Shown: positions 1 through 14,614, numbered from the stretch's first letter. The stretch: 64,000 nucleotides of DNA from Amoebidium appalachense (GCA_963693365.1 CAVNZM010000001.1:16859840-16923839); one strand, 5' to 3'. Translations and numbers: made by a program. Notes: generated from the sequence alone by a model not told the origin.

Positions 1-570
1 CGGAGAGGGGGCAGGAGCTCTCGAGAAAGATCTAGAGGGGGTTTTTTCATAAGAGATAACGAAGAAGTGATCATGAGCGGGGAGGGGGGGGGGGGGGGAT
101 GAGACATCACCACTGGAGCGAGCAGGAGGGAGTGAAGGAAGTGTACAGGCTCAGGAGGGAGATCGAACGAACCGGGGTACCCCACTTGAATCTGTTTCGA
201 TTTAAATCTTAACGGGCTCAGCTACTAGTCTAGCTATTGAAAGTGGGTATACTACTATAGGTCTAATGGGGCCTGCACCACCAAAGGCAGCGGTGCTGAA
301 TATAACTGAATAAAAAGGTTCATACCAAAGGAGGGAGCTCAAAGGATGCCGGAAGGGAGGTAGGGAGGAAGGAGGTGAGAGCCTCGGGGGGGGGGGGGGG
401 GGGGGGGGGGAGGGGCGGGGGAGGTATACGTAGGGGGTCTCGGGGGTGAAGGGGCGCACTTGCGCTACTGGATATCCGATATATCATGAATCGGCGTACA
501 GCCTACCCTTACGATGCATATGGGTCACGCCAAGCACTCAGTGCCACCCCTCCCCCCCCCCTCCCCCCCC

Positions 571-626
<56 letters not shown>

Positions 627-1855
627 ACACCACCACCACCACCACCACCAACACCACCCTGTCAGTACCACCACCATATCCGCAACCACCACTATTACGA
701 CGTGAACCACCACCACCACAAACACCCACCCACTTAGGGAACCTTTCTTGAATTCAATAACTAGGTATTTGAATAATTTGATTTTCTCACTGACTCCGCA
801 TAGAATGCTATTTTCTGAGATACATACCACTCTCCGGATCCCCACCCACAACCAGAATACACAAGAGAAGAGACCTAATAGTCACACAACTATAACCAGG
901 ATGATATGTGTATAACTTTGAGCAGGTACTACATAGGGGCCTGCTTTGGCTTGCACAATCAGTAGCTATTCACAGTGACCGCTCCTTTGCATCCCAGTCA
1001 CAGTCGTGGGGCAGTTGCGGACTAAAAGTATTATGACATTCCGAAATGGAAGTTATAATACATCAGAACCTTGAGCACAACAGTGGGTCCTCCCCCCCCC
1101 CCCCCCCCCCCTTTCCTCCCCTCCCCCCCTCCCTCCCCCCTCCCGCCCCTCCCCCTCCCCCCGTTCCCTCCGTGGGGCCCAATGCCTACCCACCCACCAG
1201 CACGCCCCCACCCCGCCCAGCGGCGCCGCCCCACCATTTGTCCCACATGGCTTAGCCTACACGACACGCCACATGTAGACTCTATTTCTTTCTTCAAAAT
1301 CCGCAACATCCCCTTCCTTTATCCCGGCTACTTCCCCCTCTCTTCTTCCCTCTCTTCCTCCCTTGAAGTTCCCTTTTATTTAGCTATCTTTAACGAATTA
1401 GGGGCAGGCTGAACACTATAGTACTAGGCGTATCCACAAGCAAGGTCACGCCGTACGGATCGGAAAAGCCCCCCCCCCCCCCCCCCCCCCCCCCCCCGCC
1501 CATCCCCTCTCCCCTTAACCCGTCATTTCCACGTCATTCGCATAACGGTTAAAAGCCGTGGTAATATGAAGCCACTCTAGGCAGCAGGCTGCAGCACTCT
1601 TGCTAAAGCAGTACTATTCCATGCTGGTTCAAGATGTCAAGATTTTCAATGTGTAAGGCTCCCCTGTACATATTCCGAAACGTCTCGTCTCTTCTTTCCT
1701 TCTTTCTTTCCTTTTCTTTCTTTCTTTCTTTCTTTCTTTCTTTTTTTTTGGCTAGCACAATCCATATTAATATGGCGGTTTGCACGAAACTCCGGGGGCA
1801 GGGGGATCGGGACGGGTATTGGTGGTGGTGGTGGGGTGGGGGCGGGCGGGCGGGT

Positions 1856-1900
<45 letters not shown>

Positions 1901-2243
1901 GGGGGGGGGGGGAGGGGGGGGGGGGGGTTGTTGGGACGTGGGGTGGCAACTTTGAGGAAAATGTTTTGCAATGAAGCCTTCGGGGGGTGGGGGGTGGGTG
2001 GGTGGGTGGGTGGGTGGTGGTGGTGGTGGTGGTAGTGGGGGGGGGGGGGGGGGGGGGGGGGGGAGGGGGGGGGGGACCTGATAGCCAAGCACGATACCTA
2101 AAGGGGTGTCCTGCACCATTGTTAGAGAATTTCAGGTGTGCGTGTATGTGTGTTTTGCTGGGAAGGGGGGGGGGGGGGGGGGGAGAGGGGGGAACCCGAA
2201 AAGGTGTTGTGGATAAAAGAGTGGGGAAAGGGAGAAATATTCC

Positions 2244-2470
2244 ATCCACTTTTTATTTACTACAGAGTAAACATGGAAAGACAAGTTGGTAGTACAGCCT
2301 GCAGGACATAACAGGAGCTTTTCCTAATGAATATTCAAAGAAAAAAGTTTCCATCAAAGCCGTTTAGATTAGCAAGTGAAAACATTAACAGAGATCCCCT
2401 GTGTCTCCTGCAATTGGCGATACCGTCTTTGGTTCAAAATTCCACTCCTTGGTGGGACTCGTGGCCAAAT
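2244..2470 (+). pseudogene. Possible highly degenerate Ty1/Copia reverse transcriptase fragment
   Basis: Manual translation gives STFYLLQSKHGKTSW*YSLQDITGAFPNEYSKKKVSIK, then after a frameshift LCLLQLAIPSLVQNSTPWW. This resembles Copia RT 'xIRLLLA...W..HQMDVKTAFLNG.L.E.VYM ... VCLLKKALYGLKQ...W'. Stops and frameshifts are present and the similarity is weak. Confidence 0.3.
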
Positions 2471-3734
2471 AAAGAAAGCCCAATAAAGGGAGATGGGATC
2501 TAACAGTACGTAAAATGATTAAGGCAACTACATTGAAATGACCATCGGATAGGTCCGGAAACAATCATTCATTGCTGTAAGGAAAAAGAATGGAGGGGGG
2601 GGGGGGGGGGGGGGGGGGTTCATGTGGAGTTCCTGTATCAGATTCGAATGCCTGCGGGTAGCTGGAGGGGAGAAGGAGGGTTGTGGGAACACTTTTTAAG
2701 TATCTTTCAAATTGGGTGGAGGGAAGGGGGGGACGGCGGGAACCCCTGTACACCCCCGTAGTAAATATCAACGTCCGCCTTGTTGCCCCCCCCCCCCCCC
2801 CCCCCCCCCCCTCTCCCCCCAAAACCCCCTCCCCTTCCAAGGTAGCCGCAGGGAGGGAGGATGCAGGGGGCGGGACCCCCCCCTTCTCCCCCCCCTCCCA
2901 GTGCGGGGAAGGGATCCACCTGGGCCGAGGGAGTGGTGCCCCGGCCCTTCCCCCCCCTGCCCCCCCACCCCCACCCCACCCCACCTCCTCCCCCCCTTTC
3001 CCCGGGTGTGCGCATGACTGGCCAAACATCACTTTTCCACTCGACACCAAACACAATACGGTCAACCTAGGCTAAACGTTGAATTATTAAGGGCCAGATC
3101 TAGATGCCCACCGTGCAGTATTCGTGTGTGTTGTCTGTGCAGCGGGGCGCTTATTTGTAGAGTGGTGTTGGTGAGTGTATCTGCATGTTCATGTTGAATG
3201 TGCATCACTCGTTTGTGCACCTCGCGGCATGTGTAGTACAGGTGTGTGCAGGTACGTGTGAATTAAACACGTGTGAAAGTGTGTGCGTGTCACACGGTGT
3301 GTGCCTTCGGTGGGGAGGCTGGAAACGAGTCCGGATCCTGCCCAGGCCCGAGAAGGGAGGGAGGGGAGAGGGGGGGGAGCTCGAGCATGACCGTAAGGTG
3401 TAGCCCGGTTTCAGGTGATCACACACACCTATTACCATTATTTTTTATTATTTTTTTATCCCGGTCACCTCACAGAGGCTACGGTTTTCCACTTAGCTCT
3501 GCCTATACTTCCAGGCAGAATGGTATACCTACATAACGTCAGCATACTAATGTACCTATGTATACCCGTTCCTACCTAGAAGTATAAGCTTAGATCTAAG
3601 CCATGCTAACGGGGAGCCTCGTGAGCTCCAATGTCCACGTTTTGACTAAATTCGAATATAAACCGCAGCTAAATTATGGCAGCATTATCTGATCGAATTA
3701 TTGAATAAAGTCGGGGCAGCCTGTGTGGGGTCCC

Positions 3735-3769
<35 letters not shown>

Positions 3770-4879
3770 CTCTCTCTCCTCCCCCTCCCTCTGCTAGCCG
3801 GAGGGGTGGGTTGACCCCAACCCTCTTCTCCAAAGTAATTACTACCCCATTCCCCGATTCAAAAATCAAGAATCCCTTAGGAGAGCCCCCCCCCCGCGGG
3901 GCGGGGGGGGGGGGGGGGGAAGCAGGAGCTCGGAAAAAGAACAGGAGGATTGGTAGGCAGGGAGGGAGATAGGGATATCAAGGCTGGCGCGGACAATAAA
4001 GGTGGGGGGTGCTGGCAACCCTCACCACAGCAGGCGGTTGTAGTAGACTAGACCGTGGGTGGTGAGACTCTCGGACACCGAGAAGAAACTTGTAAGTGTG
4101 ACTACTAATACGCGAGAGCAGGGTGGAGGGGGCGGGGGGGGGAGGGGGGAGAGGGGGGGGGGAGGGGGGGGGAGGGGGGAGGGGGTGGAGTCGGGAGGTG
4201 GGGAGGGTGGGTAGATAAGGGCTGTGTGATAACTAGGTGAATAAATGAAGGTGTGTAGGGTTGTTTTCTTGAGTTACGAGGCACATGCACCAAGTGGAGA
4301 GGAAACGCCTGAAAGGTTTCTAAAGCCGGTGAGGAAGGAAGATGATTGAATTCAGAGGCAGTAGTAGTAAAGAAAACCAAGAGAAAAAGGAGACGAGGCT
4401 GGAAAGCAAATCTTCATAGTGGATCTTGGATATTAGAGCAACCGTGGAGGAGACAATGAATATCCTATATTAAAGCTTCAAGTTATCACCATATGGAGGA
4501 ATAGCAAACGAACCTAAAAAACACAAGTGTGAGTGCAAAGACGACATAAAACACAGTGTTGGAATCTCTGGCTCCCGGACCGAATGCATAGGTCATGCGT
4601 GGCCAAATCATCAAAGCCTCATTCTCAGCAGGCCTGGGATGTAAGACACAGAAAATACAAAACGCATCCTAATTTTGGAGAAGGGTGGGTGGGCAGCGGT
4701 ATTAAAGTGAAATGGAAGGGAGAAGGGGTTGGAAAGGCACCTGGGGAGGGAGTTTACGCGGCGTAGCTGGGCGAAGGGAGAGATGAGAATACACACACAA
4801 TCTACTCGACATGGAGATGGATCCCTGGGGTAAATGTGAAAGAAAAAAGGGGGGGCGAAGGGCGTAGCAGAAAGTTAAA

Positions 4880-5950
4880 GGTGGGGTTATGCACTACCTT
4901 TTCTTCATGATGAGTAGTAGCTCCGACGATGCTCTTGTTGTGCATTGTCCTTCTAAAACGTTGCAGGGAAAGAACCACACACCTATATAATGCACCTTCC
5001 TTCGCATGTCCATTGCTACTGCAGCCCACCGCACGTGCATCACTTCTATAGCTAGCAGTCTTGTGTAATGAGTGAGTGCATTTATACTGTATACCTCTGC
5101 TGAGCTACTGTTCATATACTATATGATGGCATACTTCGAAGAGCACTGCCTTGCTTATACGCCAAGTTTGCCTGTTCGTTGCATGCCATGAATGCCATAA
5201 CAAAACAACCAATCCGAAGCAAGGCCGTTGAGCCATATTTTGCCGCACAACCTGCTCCTTGAAACTGCTCATTGGTCCAGGACCAGATAAACTGACCACG
5301 TGCCCGTATATGTTCCAAGCTCAAAGTGTGTTCCACGGAAAAGCCACAAATATAATGTTCTCAGCGCCTTATACAATGTAAATAAATTATTTTTTTTTAT
5401 AAAGCAAAAGTTTAAATACCCAAATTAAAACAACACGAGCTGGATATGAAGATCCCGCCACCAACTTTAAGGGATAACCCCAGGGGCCAGGGCAAACTTG
5501 AAAAGAAACGCCAATCAGAAGGCGCCTAGCTCTTCTAACCAATGGCCCAAACGTCAGGTAAGCGGCAGAATAAAAACGTGATACGCAACCTATCATATTT
5601 CACCAGGTTACGTGCACCAAGGCATTGGACGAGCATTTCTTAGCTCAGACAGTACTGTAGCCAACACTCAACTTCGAGAAAGAGTAAAAAACACATAATT
5701 GCCGAGCCTTATGTAAGGTGCTTGTAGCAGTTGTCAACTGGAGTACAAGTCTCTAGCTCACACAAAGATATAGTTTTGGCATTTTGGAGGTGTGCTTTTG
5801 TTGCACCGTGACGGTTGCATATCTGGTGCATACCTCTGGGACACTTCTTTAGTTGACAGGCGTTAAGGTACCTTAATACTGCACGTGTTTTTAGCAAGAT
5901 AAAGCTCATATCAACGGCTGCAGTAGATGATCTTGATTTGAGGATTCCCT
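4880..5950 (-). pseudogene. Possible degenerate Mutator/MULE transposase remnant
   Basis: ORF 5709-5909 reads SFILLKTRAVLRYLNACQLKKCPRGMHQICNRH, resembling the MULE motif 'FISD..KGL..A....FP...H..C.RH'. Downstream (~5090-5020) is a broken YTV...C...CTC stretch reminiscent of a SWIM finger. Many stops; no TIRs found. Confidence 0.3.
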
Positions 5951-6854
5951 TTTATGATCCTCTTGTGAAACACTGGGTTTTTAGTACCAGACTCCTTTGA
6001 CCCATTCCGGGAATAAGCCTGTTGTCTGCTTAGCTTTAACGCCTTGTTCGGTAGTACTATTTCCAGAAATCGCTCTTTATTTGTGACATCGTGATAGTGA
6101 AAGACAAACTCAAAGCAATACGGAGTGCATCACCGGCGTCTACGGGGTTTTATAGTGGAAGGGGTAAGTACGGTGTGTTTATGGAACACTCTTTGTACAT
6201 GAAACACGAGGTTTGGTGTGTTTGTGGAGACTTACCTAGCTTTCTGTGTTTTTGCTTTTCTTGTGCATGTACGTCCACCTTCCTCGTTTCTGGTCTTTGG
6301 CTTGATTAAACCTTACATAAAAGTTATAATTATGTGTCTATTGTGAAGATTGCGCATTCAGTACATTCTTCCTGCAAGATCGGTGCTTTTGGTTGTGTGC
6401 CCACTTTTGAACAGACAGCCATTTCGCGTAGTGAGTTTCGTGCCCCAATCTGTCTGCTATCGAGGACCTTTGGGATATACATAGGGTATGCTGGGTTTGA
6501 TTGAGCGAGTGGGCTTGAAACCCGTAAGTGTGCTTTGGTGTTTACATATGTGTGTGTTTGTGTAGTGTGCACGCGCATATGTCGTTTGTGTGTGTCTGGG
6601 TGTGCGCGTGTGTGTATATGCACGTGTGCCTATCTATGCACTCGTCAGCCGTCAGGGGAGACTTTTGTGCACGTTTTTGTGTACCCGTGTGGTTATTAAT
6701 GGCCATAACGTGGACACATTTAGGAATTTGGGCAGCAGTTGATGGGGACACACAGTAACCGAGCTTCGTTTTTTATCTGGCACAAGGAGGGGTGTTTGAC
6801 AGACAGTCAGGCATGACGTATGGCCGTTTTGTATGTGGAGGGTGTGCGGGCTCT

Positions 6855-6952
6855 GGACTCTTTTCTTGCTTTGTGTTGATGCAGTGTTGTGGATTCTTTT
6901 CTTGCGTTGTGTTGTTGCAGTGTGGTGGACTCTTTTCTTGCTTTATGTTGAT
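6855..6952. repeat. 36-bp tandem repeat, ~2.7 copies
   Basis: Unit ggactcttttcttgctttgtgttgatgcagtgttgt starts at 6855, 6891 and 6927, with a few substitutions. Confidence 0.85.
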
Positions 6953-7766
6953 AATATGTTGGAGGGTTGCTTGATTCTTGTAGACCAGTCGTGTTGCTTT
7001 TCAAAACCCACCCGTGCCATCTCCACAGCATTGAAATCTTAGCTCAACAGCAACTGAAACGCTTGTTTTAGTTCTGGTCACTTCATGCCACTTTCTTGGA
7101 CTGTTGGATTTGCGAGATTCGTGCTTCTTCGTGCACATTGCACTATACAGATTCTGATATACGCTCGAGTACGTCTTATCCGTTCATGTGGCTTTGACGG
7201 GGTAGCAGGGTTGACCGGGGCAAATTTTCCGAGGCACGTGTTGTGTTCTTCATAGTTTTTCCGGTCTCCGTGTTTTTGGTTGCAATAGCTATACTTCCGG
7301 TGGATCGCCCATCTTTCCCTATTTCCATTTTTTTTTTTTTTTTTTTTTTTTGCCCCTTTGTGTGCCTATGTACCCGTGAATACCGCTGCTCCACACTACC
7401 TCATGATGTGCACTCGGTTGATCGTAGTACTTTTATTTCTCTCTTCCCTCCCCCTCTTCCCCCCCCCCCCCCCCCCCCCTTATCTTTTAACGTGTGTCGG
7501 GACACCCGTCCTGCAATCGTCTGTGTGAATGAGGGACGGGCAACGGGATGTTGGCTGTTCGCTCTGTGCGCGTGTCCTTGTGTCAAGATAAAGATGTTGC
7601 TTATCGACTCAACGTTTGCCAGCCTATCCTCCCACCCCGTTCCTTCCTCTAGCACACGCACATACACGGGCGCCCATTACATACACACATCGATGGGCGC
7701 GCACATACACAGAGACGGGTGCGTGCGCACATACACACACACACGGGGGCGCTCCACGTGCGCGCG

Positions 7767-7807
<41 letters not shown>

Positions 7808-7997
7808 CTGGACACATGCACCTACCTCCTGCTTTCCAACCTGCCCACACACCTACATCCCAATGACCCGCCTACTGCCTACTAACCCATACACACACAC
7901 AGAGACAAAAACAGACATTCTTCCACTGCTCCTCCAACCCACGTGTGTGTGGCAGGGCGTGCCCATTGTTCAAATGGTGGTGGTGGGTAACCTCTCG

Positions 7998-8130
7998 ATG
8001 GCGTTTGACGGTGGCCGTGGGGTGCGCATGGAGACGGATGATGCCGAGGTCAACCGTTTTCTGTCGCAGATGGAGAATGGAAACGACACTACGTCGGAGC
8101 TTAGCAGTGTATGTGTGCTTGTTATTTCCC

Positions 8131-8161
<31 letters not shown>

Positions 8162-10596
8162 TGGCACAAACATACACATCCCCTCTCTTCCTCTTCCTCC
8201 TGTGCATCCCAGCTTGTATGTTTATCCGCATAAGGCTAAGGCTTTTCATCGCCATTTTTGTTGCCTTTTTTTTTGGGGGGGGGGGGGGGTTGTCTCTGCG
8301 TTGCAGTCCCACCAATGAATGCATGCCCCCCCCCCCCCCCCCCCCCCCTCCCCCCGGTCCGCCGTGCACACGCACACATGTCCACAGACGGATAAATGTG
8401 CTGGCGCGCACACACAGACTGCCACCACCATCAGCACTGTACCTTTGTATACCTGGTGACACTCCACTGTTATTTGAGGTCTGTACAAGCAGGATATTCA
8501 CACTCCTTACCACACCGATACCATACCACATCCAGATCTCCCTACATCTTTACCTGCACTGCACCCACATCTCCGGTTCCCCCTCCCCCCCTCCTCCCAC
8601 ATTAAAAACACACACAGGCGCGCCCGCGTGCGCACACACACAAGTGCGTGCACGCGCGCACACACACACACACATGCATGCACATGCTTACACACACACA
8701 TGCACACACACACATACACGCGCGCACACACGTGCATGCGCACACATGAACACACATGCACACAAACACACACAAGCAGACGTGCCTGCAAACCCACACA
8801 TACAGGCACACACTCTCGCATGCACATGCGGATTCACCCGCAACAACATTCTCACTATTCCTAGGAATACCGCTCCCTTTCTTTCTAGCTTTTTTTAAAT
8901 AACCTACGCTACCTTACCTACTCATGGTTATCAACCCATCAACCCGCCCACAATTTACCCTTTTTTCTTCCCTCACTCAGGGCTCGCTGCTTCACGAGGA
9001 GCAGCGTGCACAGCCGGTACTCAAGCCCATGCCCCTACGCACGCAGACTAAACAGCAGCTCCAGTACTACCAGACCATGCAAGAGGAGCAACAGGAGAGA
9101 CAGCGCATGCTCATGCAGGGCCTAGCCAATCAGAACCCAGTCCCTGTTCCCTTTGCCGTCCCTTTCCCCGGCGCCCCAAACACTGCCACTGCTACTGCAC
9201 AGGGTTTGAATCTCAACCCGCAGGTGGCGGCTGGCGCTGCGGGGCTTAATCTAATTGCGGGGTTTGGGGGCGCCAATTTGATGCTTCCGAACCCCGGGCT
9301 GGTTTCGGGTGGCACTTTTGATTTCAGCGGGTCGGGGATAGGTGGGTTTGGAATGAGCCAGGAGGATACGTTACAGCAACAACAACAACAACTATTGTTG
9401 ATGCAGTACCAACAGCAACAGGCACTACTTCAGCAACAGCAACAGGCGATACTAAACGCTGCATGGGCGGCTACAAACGCACATGCGCTTGCTGCTATGC
9501 AAGTGGCAGCTCAACAGCAACAGCAGATGGGGGCTGGGGGTATGACAGGCGGGTTGCCTGTTCAACCACAACAAACACAGCAAGTGCAGCAGCAACAACA
9601 AACACTTCATGGCGCGAGCGGGTTTTCAAATGTATCGGGTGGGGGTGGCGGTGGCGGTGGTGTGGGGAACGATGTTGGTGCGGGTAGTATGGGAACGGCG
9701 ACGTCGCAACAGGGCAGGGCCGGGAGCCAATTGCTTTTCCCCACCAAGTACCATTTAGAGCAGAAGAAAAAGAAGGAGCTAGAACAGCAGTTTTTGATGC
9801 AGGCAATGGCGCAGACGTCAGTGGCCAATGGGAAGGCCGGTGACTTGCAGGTGGGTGTGCTAGGTTTGTTGCTCTGGAGCATTGGTGTGGGTTTGTGTTA
9901 CACGCCACACATCGCTGCTGTGTTTTACCTACACATACTAGTTTCCCAAGCCCTGCTTCTTATAGTGACCCCCCCCCCCCCCTCCCCCCTCCCCCCCCCC
10001 TTCCCCCCTTCATTTATGGTCATTTTCCCCTCGGCATCCCCCCTTCTTTCCCCCCTTTCCCCCATTCGTTGTTCTGTATGCTCACATTGTATGGCAAGCA
10101 GTTGCTTGGCTGGAGAATTTGATGCGATTACGTGTTGCACGTTTTCTCGAATATAGGAAAGGAGCCCCCCCCCCCCCCCCCCCCCCGGGGCCATTTGATA
10201 CATATGCTTCATGTGTGCTCATGTTTGCATGATCTGAATCGTGTTGTCCGTCGTGAATATGCACTTTGTACTCTGTCAAGCATTCGAACCCAACTCACCC
10301 CCTCCCCCCCCCCCCCCCCCCCTCCCCTCCCCCCCCCCCCCTCCCCCCTCCTTCCCGGGAAACTAACAGCCGGTGGTTGCAGGGCCCAGGGGCACCCCAA
10401 TGGCGTGACCAACAACAACAACAACAGCCCGTGCCCATGCAGCAGGGTTTCCCCCAGCCCATACACCAACAACAGCAACAAGAACCACCACAGCAACAAC
10501 AACCACCGCAGCCACCACAACTACAGACGCCAAAGCAACTACTCTCACAGCCCCCAAGCGTCAACAAGCTCCAACCATCACAGAAACAACAGCAAT

Positions 10597-10629
<33 letters not shown>

Positions 10630-11455
10630 AGCAGCAGAGAAACATGTTTGCACCCCAACCGGGCACACCTGGCCTGGCGGTTAGTCGGGGCGGTAGCATT
10701 GTAGACGGTTCTGAGCAGGTAGTGGATATGATGGGGCAGTGCCTGACTCTTGAAGAGCGCACAAAGAGGGAAAAGGAGGAGGCACAAAGACGCGCCGGCC
10801 AAGCAACCATGACGTCACCCGAGATGAAAGATTCGGCTCCAGGCCTAATGGGCGCTAGTGGGCACAACCGTAGACTGTCGCTGCCAAATACGCCGTTGCT
10901 AGGGACGTCCAAATTGGGCACTGGGTCGCAGCCAATCAGCGTGATCAAGGACCAAAAGCCAGCCGGGGCAGGGGCAACACCGATTGTGCCCCGATCGCTA
11001 CCGGTCAAGATCACACCCAAGCCTGAGGCCGTGCTGCCTATGGGTATTGCCGGCAGTTATCCAAAGGTGGGGGCGCGTGTGTTCTGTGTCCCTGTGTGCC
11101 CCCGGGGGGGGAGGGGGGGGGGGAGGGGGGCGGGGGGGGGCTTTTTCATGTGCTGGTGGGTCACAGTGTTGCACGTTGCACTTGCTGTGTGTGTGTGTGT
11201 GTGTGTAGGGGGGAAAGAGTAGGGGGGGGGGGGGGGGAGGCTGGGAGGACAGAGAACGGAAAGGTGAGAAATATGTGGAGGATCGATGCAAGGGGAACGG
11301 CATTTACTGATGCTTCTGTGTATTAGGGTTGGCGTTCCCCCATGTCAGTGTTCTTTTCTTTTGTGTGTCACTAACAGCCGGTATCGTAACACCCTGGCAT
11401 TAATGGATGGCCGAGTGAATGAGATTTTCTGCGCGTGTGCCCCTGCCCCGGAGGA

Positions 11456-11491
<36 letters not shown>

Positions 11492-12066
11492 CGTGGGTGT
11501 TTGTAGGGAGGAATCGTGTTCTGACTGGTTGTGGACAGGGATCATTGGGCAGCAGCCCCATGTATGCGTCCCCAATGTTTACGTCATCATCAGTGGACTT
11601 GGGGTTCTCCACCCGGTCAAGAAAGAAGAAGGAAAACCACAACGCAAGTACGTGCTACTTCCCTTCCCATCTCTGCTGTGTGCTGGCACAATCAACGTAT
11701 ACCTGCGTTAATGAATACATACATATACACAATGTACACTCACTCACTCACTCGTCCGACCACACGTTCATACGCAAGGGCAGTCTCGCCTGCACACATG
11801 TTTGCCTACTTTCTCACTCGACTAGACACTCAGTAAGTGCACAGTAGCTTTCACGCAGACACGCTCACGCGTAGTGCAGCACAAAGGCACACACAGTGCT
11901 CTTTCTCAAGAATGCTTTCATGCATGCACTGAAACACTGTAGCACACACTTTTAAACATCCACCGACCCATCCACTTGTAATACCAGCCCCCTCTCGCTC
12001 ATGCATTGACTGCTTCATTTTCCACAACCACCCTTTCCCAGCCCTGTTCGATCCCTTTCACTCTCC

Positions 12067-12113
<47 letters not shown>

Positions 12114-12337
12114 CTCTCTCTCTCTTTCTCTCTCCCTCCCTCCCCCCCCCCTCCCCCCTTCTGTTTTTAAACATTGGACTGGTCTAGACCTCTACATGAG
12201 AGATGAAAAACTCGAAATGCATTATGTTATAAAAGCGCGCGCACGCACGCACACATGCAACACACACATGCACATGCACATGCACATGCACACACACATA
12301 TATACACGTGCACACACACACGCACTCATGCACGCAT

Positions 12338-12425
<88 letters not shown>

Positions 12426-12834
12426 CTTGCACTATGTCAGTTTCCTTAGTCCCCATTTTCTACTTCACTCATCATTCCCTTTTCTCGCCCACTTTTCACG
12501 ATTGTCACCATTCAACGGTCTCGCATCACCATTTAACCCTTTGCCCTCGGTTCATACTGGTGTGGGAGTGTCTCCCTTTTGTGCGCTCACCTTCCCCATG
12601 CACACACTCACTTATCTTGTATCGTGCCTGCACAGTTGAGCGGCGGCGGCGTTACAACATCAATGACCGGATAGCCGAGCTGGGGACTATTCTGCCCACG
12701 GTGACTGATGAGAAACAGTGCAAGGGGTCTATTCTGAAGAGGACCGTGGACTATATCAAATACCTGCAGAATGCTAACGACAGGTATGGCTTTCTTTTTT
12801 TGTTTGTTTGTTTGTTTGTTTGTTTTGGCACCCC

Positions 12835-12873
<39 letters not shown>

Positions 12874-13165
12874 TTGGCCGGGAAATTAGCCGTAGTTCGG
12901 AGGATATCAGCAACTATTGAGTTCGCAGGGAGTGTCTGCTGCAGGTGGTGGGGTGCTGGGGGACCCAGATCCCCCCCCACCCCCCCCCACCCCCCCCCTC
13001 CCCAACACACACACACACACACACCACCACAACCACCTCACTCCCCCCACCCACCCCCCGACCCAAACAGAATAGTACACACACAAACATTCGTGCTCGC
13101 ACACGCACGCGCACGTACGCACACGCAATATCCCGACCTCCCCCTTACACCATATCGAACCCCCT

Positions 13166-13218
<53 letters not shown>

Positions 13219-13543
13219 AGAGAGAGAGACACACACACACACCGCACGACCAGCATCATTTCTGACCTCTCTTGAACGACTTTCTCCCTAATCTTCTATC
13301 CATCCCTCCAGGTTACGGGAGCAAATGACTGCAGCAGGTCTTGAACCGGAGGAAGACAAGCCGTTTGTTGGCCGGGAAAACCCGCCCACACCAGCGGCTG
13401 GGGAGGCCGTGGAGGTGGGGGCTACAGGGTATGAAGGCATGGACAGCCCATCACCCCTCGACTTTGGACGAAGCCCCGGGGAGATTGAATTTACGGCTAT
13501 GGACGTGATAGAGGATATGAGCGAGGGGGATGGTGACGGATAG
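7998..13543 (+). CDS. MITF: MiT/TFE family (MITF/TFEB/TFE3-like) bHLH transcription factor, ~717 aa, 6 coding exons
   Basis: GT-AG exons with consistent phases: 7998-8108, 8981-9850, 10383-11066, 11539-11647, 12636-12783, 13312-13543. The spliced bHLH reads [53 protein letters not shown], matching MITF [28 protein letters not shown]...KGTILKASVDYIRKLQ. The Gln-rich N-terminus includes PTKYHLEQ. The start codon and first exon are less certain. Confidence 0.9.
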
Positions 13544-13563
13544 TTGGCCCCCCGGATCACCTC

Positions 13564-13613
<50 letters not shown>

Positions 13614-14553
13614 TCGGTGCCTGTCTCTCCTTTACCCCCCTTTTTTTAAAAAATTCTTGCCCATATCCCGTTTCAAATCACTTCATGGAGGGTGTTTTCC
13701 TTTTTGTATAATTCATGTTCTTGCTGCATGTTCGACTTCGTGCATTGGCATAACATGACTATTTCAAAATGTCGGAAGGCCCGCACACGTCATTTTTGTT
13801 GTGGTGCCGATGCAAAAAATTTGGAGGTGCAAAAGGTGTGATTTATTTTAATTTTAGCGTTTAAAATCTCAACGTGCATGCGAATGAACTCAGGGGCATG
13901 GCGGTGATTATGTTTGTGCATTCTTGCTGCCATTGTTTGACCTCCCTTTCCTCTTTTCTTTTGACGTAAAAAAGTTCCGTAGCGATCGATTGTACATGTG
14001 AGATTCCATATACTATTTTGGGCCCCGTGTCTTTTTTTGTCATGTTTGGGCATAGATAGACTGGGCATTTTTCACATCGAACTTACCCAGCCAACTTCGA
14101 CAACGGTACTGGCTAGCATGATGTTGTTGGGTATTCCTGTTTAGTATAAAGGGCATTTAATGTGCCTGGTGAATGCAAATAGACATGGATGGGTCCTGGC
14201 GACACCATCCATAGTATTGTTTTCTGAATCTGCAGCTGACTCAAAACTTAGTAATTCTTTTTGCATGTACAGTGCACTCGTGTGTGCACCCGGTGATGGA
14301 ATCCGATGGGGGTGTGTGTATGCACAAGTGGATTGTATACCGTAACCGCAGCCGATGTTGCATGGCGGCATGTCATTTGATCATGGGTGTGACTGTGGCC
14401 CAGCACCGCCCCTTTGTACATGTGCTTGCATGAATGTCACAAGATGTGTGCGAGTGTGTTCAAGCAAATTTATTTCGGTGTGCATAATATTACAAATCAG
14501 TATGTAGTGTTGCACACATGCGTGTGTAACGTTGAGCGTGCATTCGAGTTTGC

Positions 14554-14614
<61 letters not shown>

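Noticed and set aside
446-3075. Many Pro-, Gly-, His/Thr- and Val/Cys-rich ORFs here and throughout the window
   Set aside because: They are translations of poly-C/poly-G and (CA)/(GT)/(CT) tracts, open in several frames at once, with no domain content.
6855-6952. 36-bp repeats as a CRISPR array
   Set aside because: The units are head-to-tail with no unique spacers, there are no cas genes, and the context is eukaryotic.
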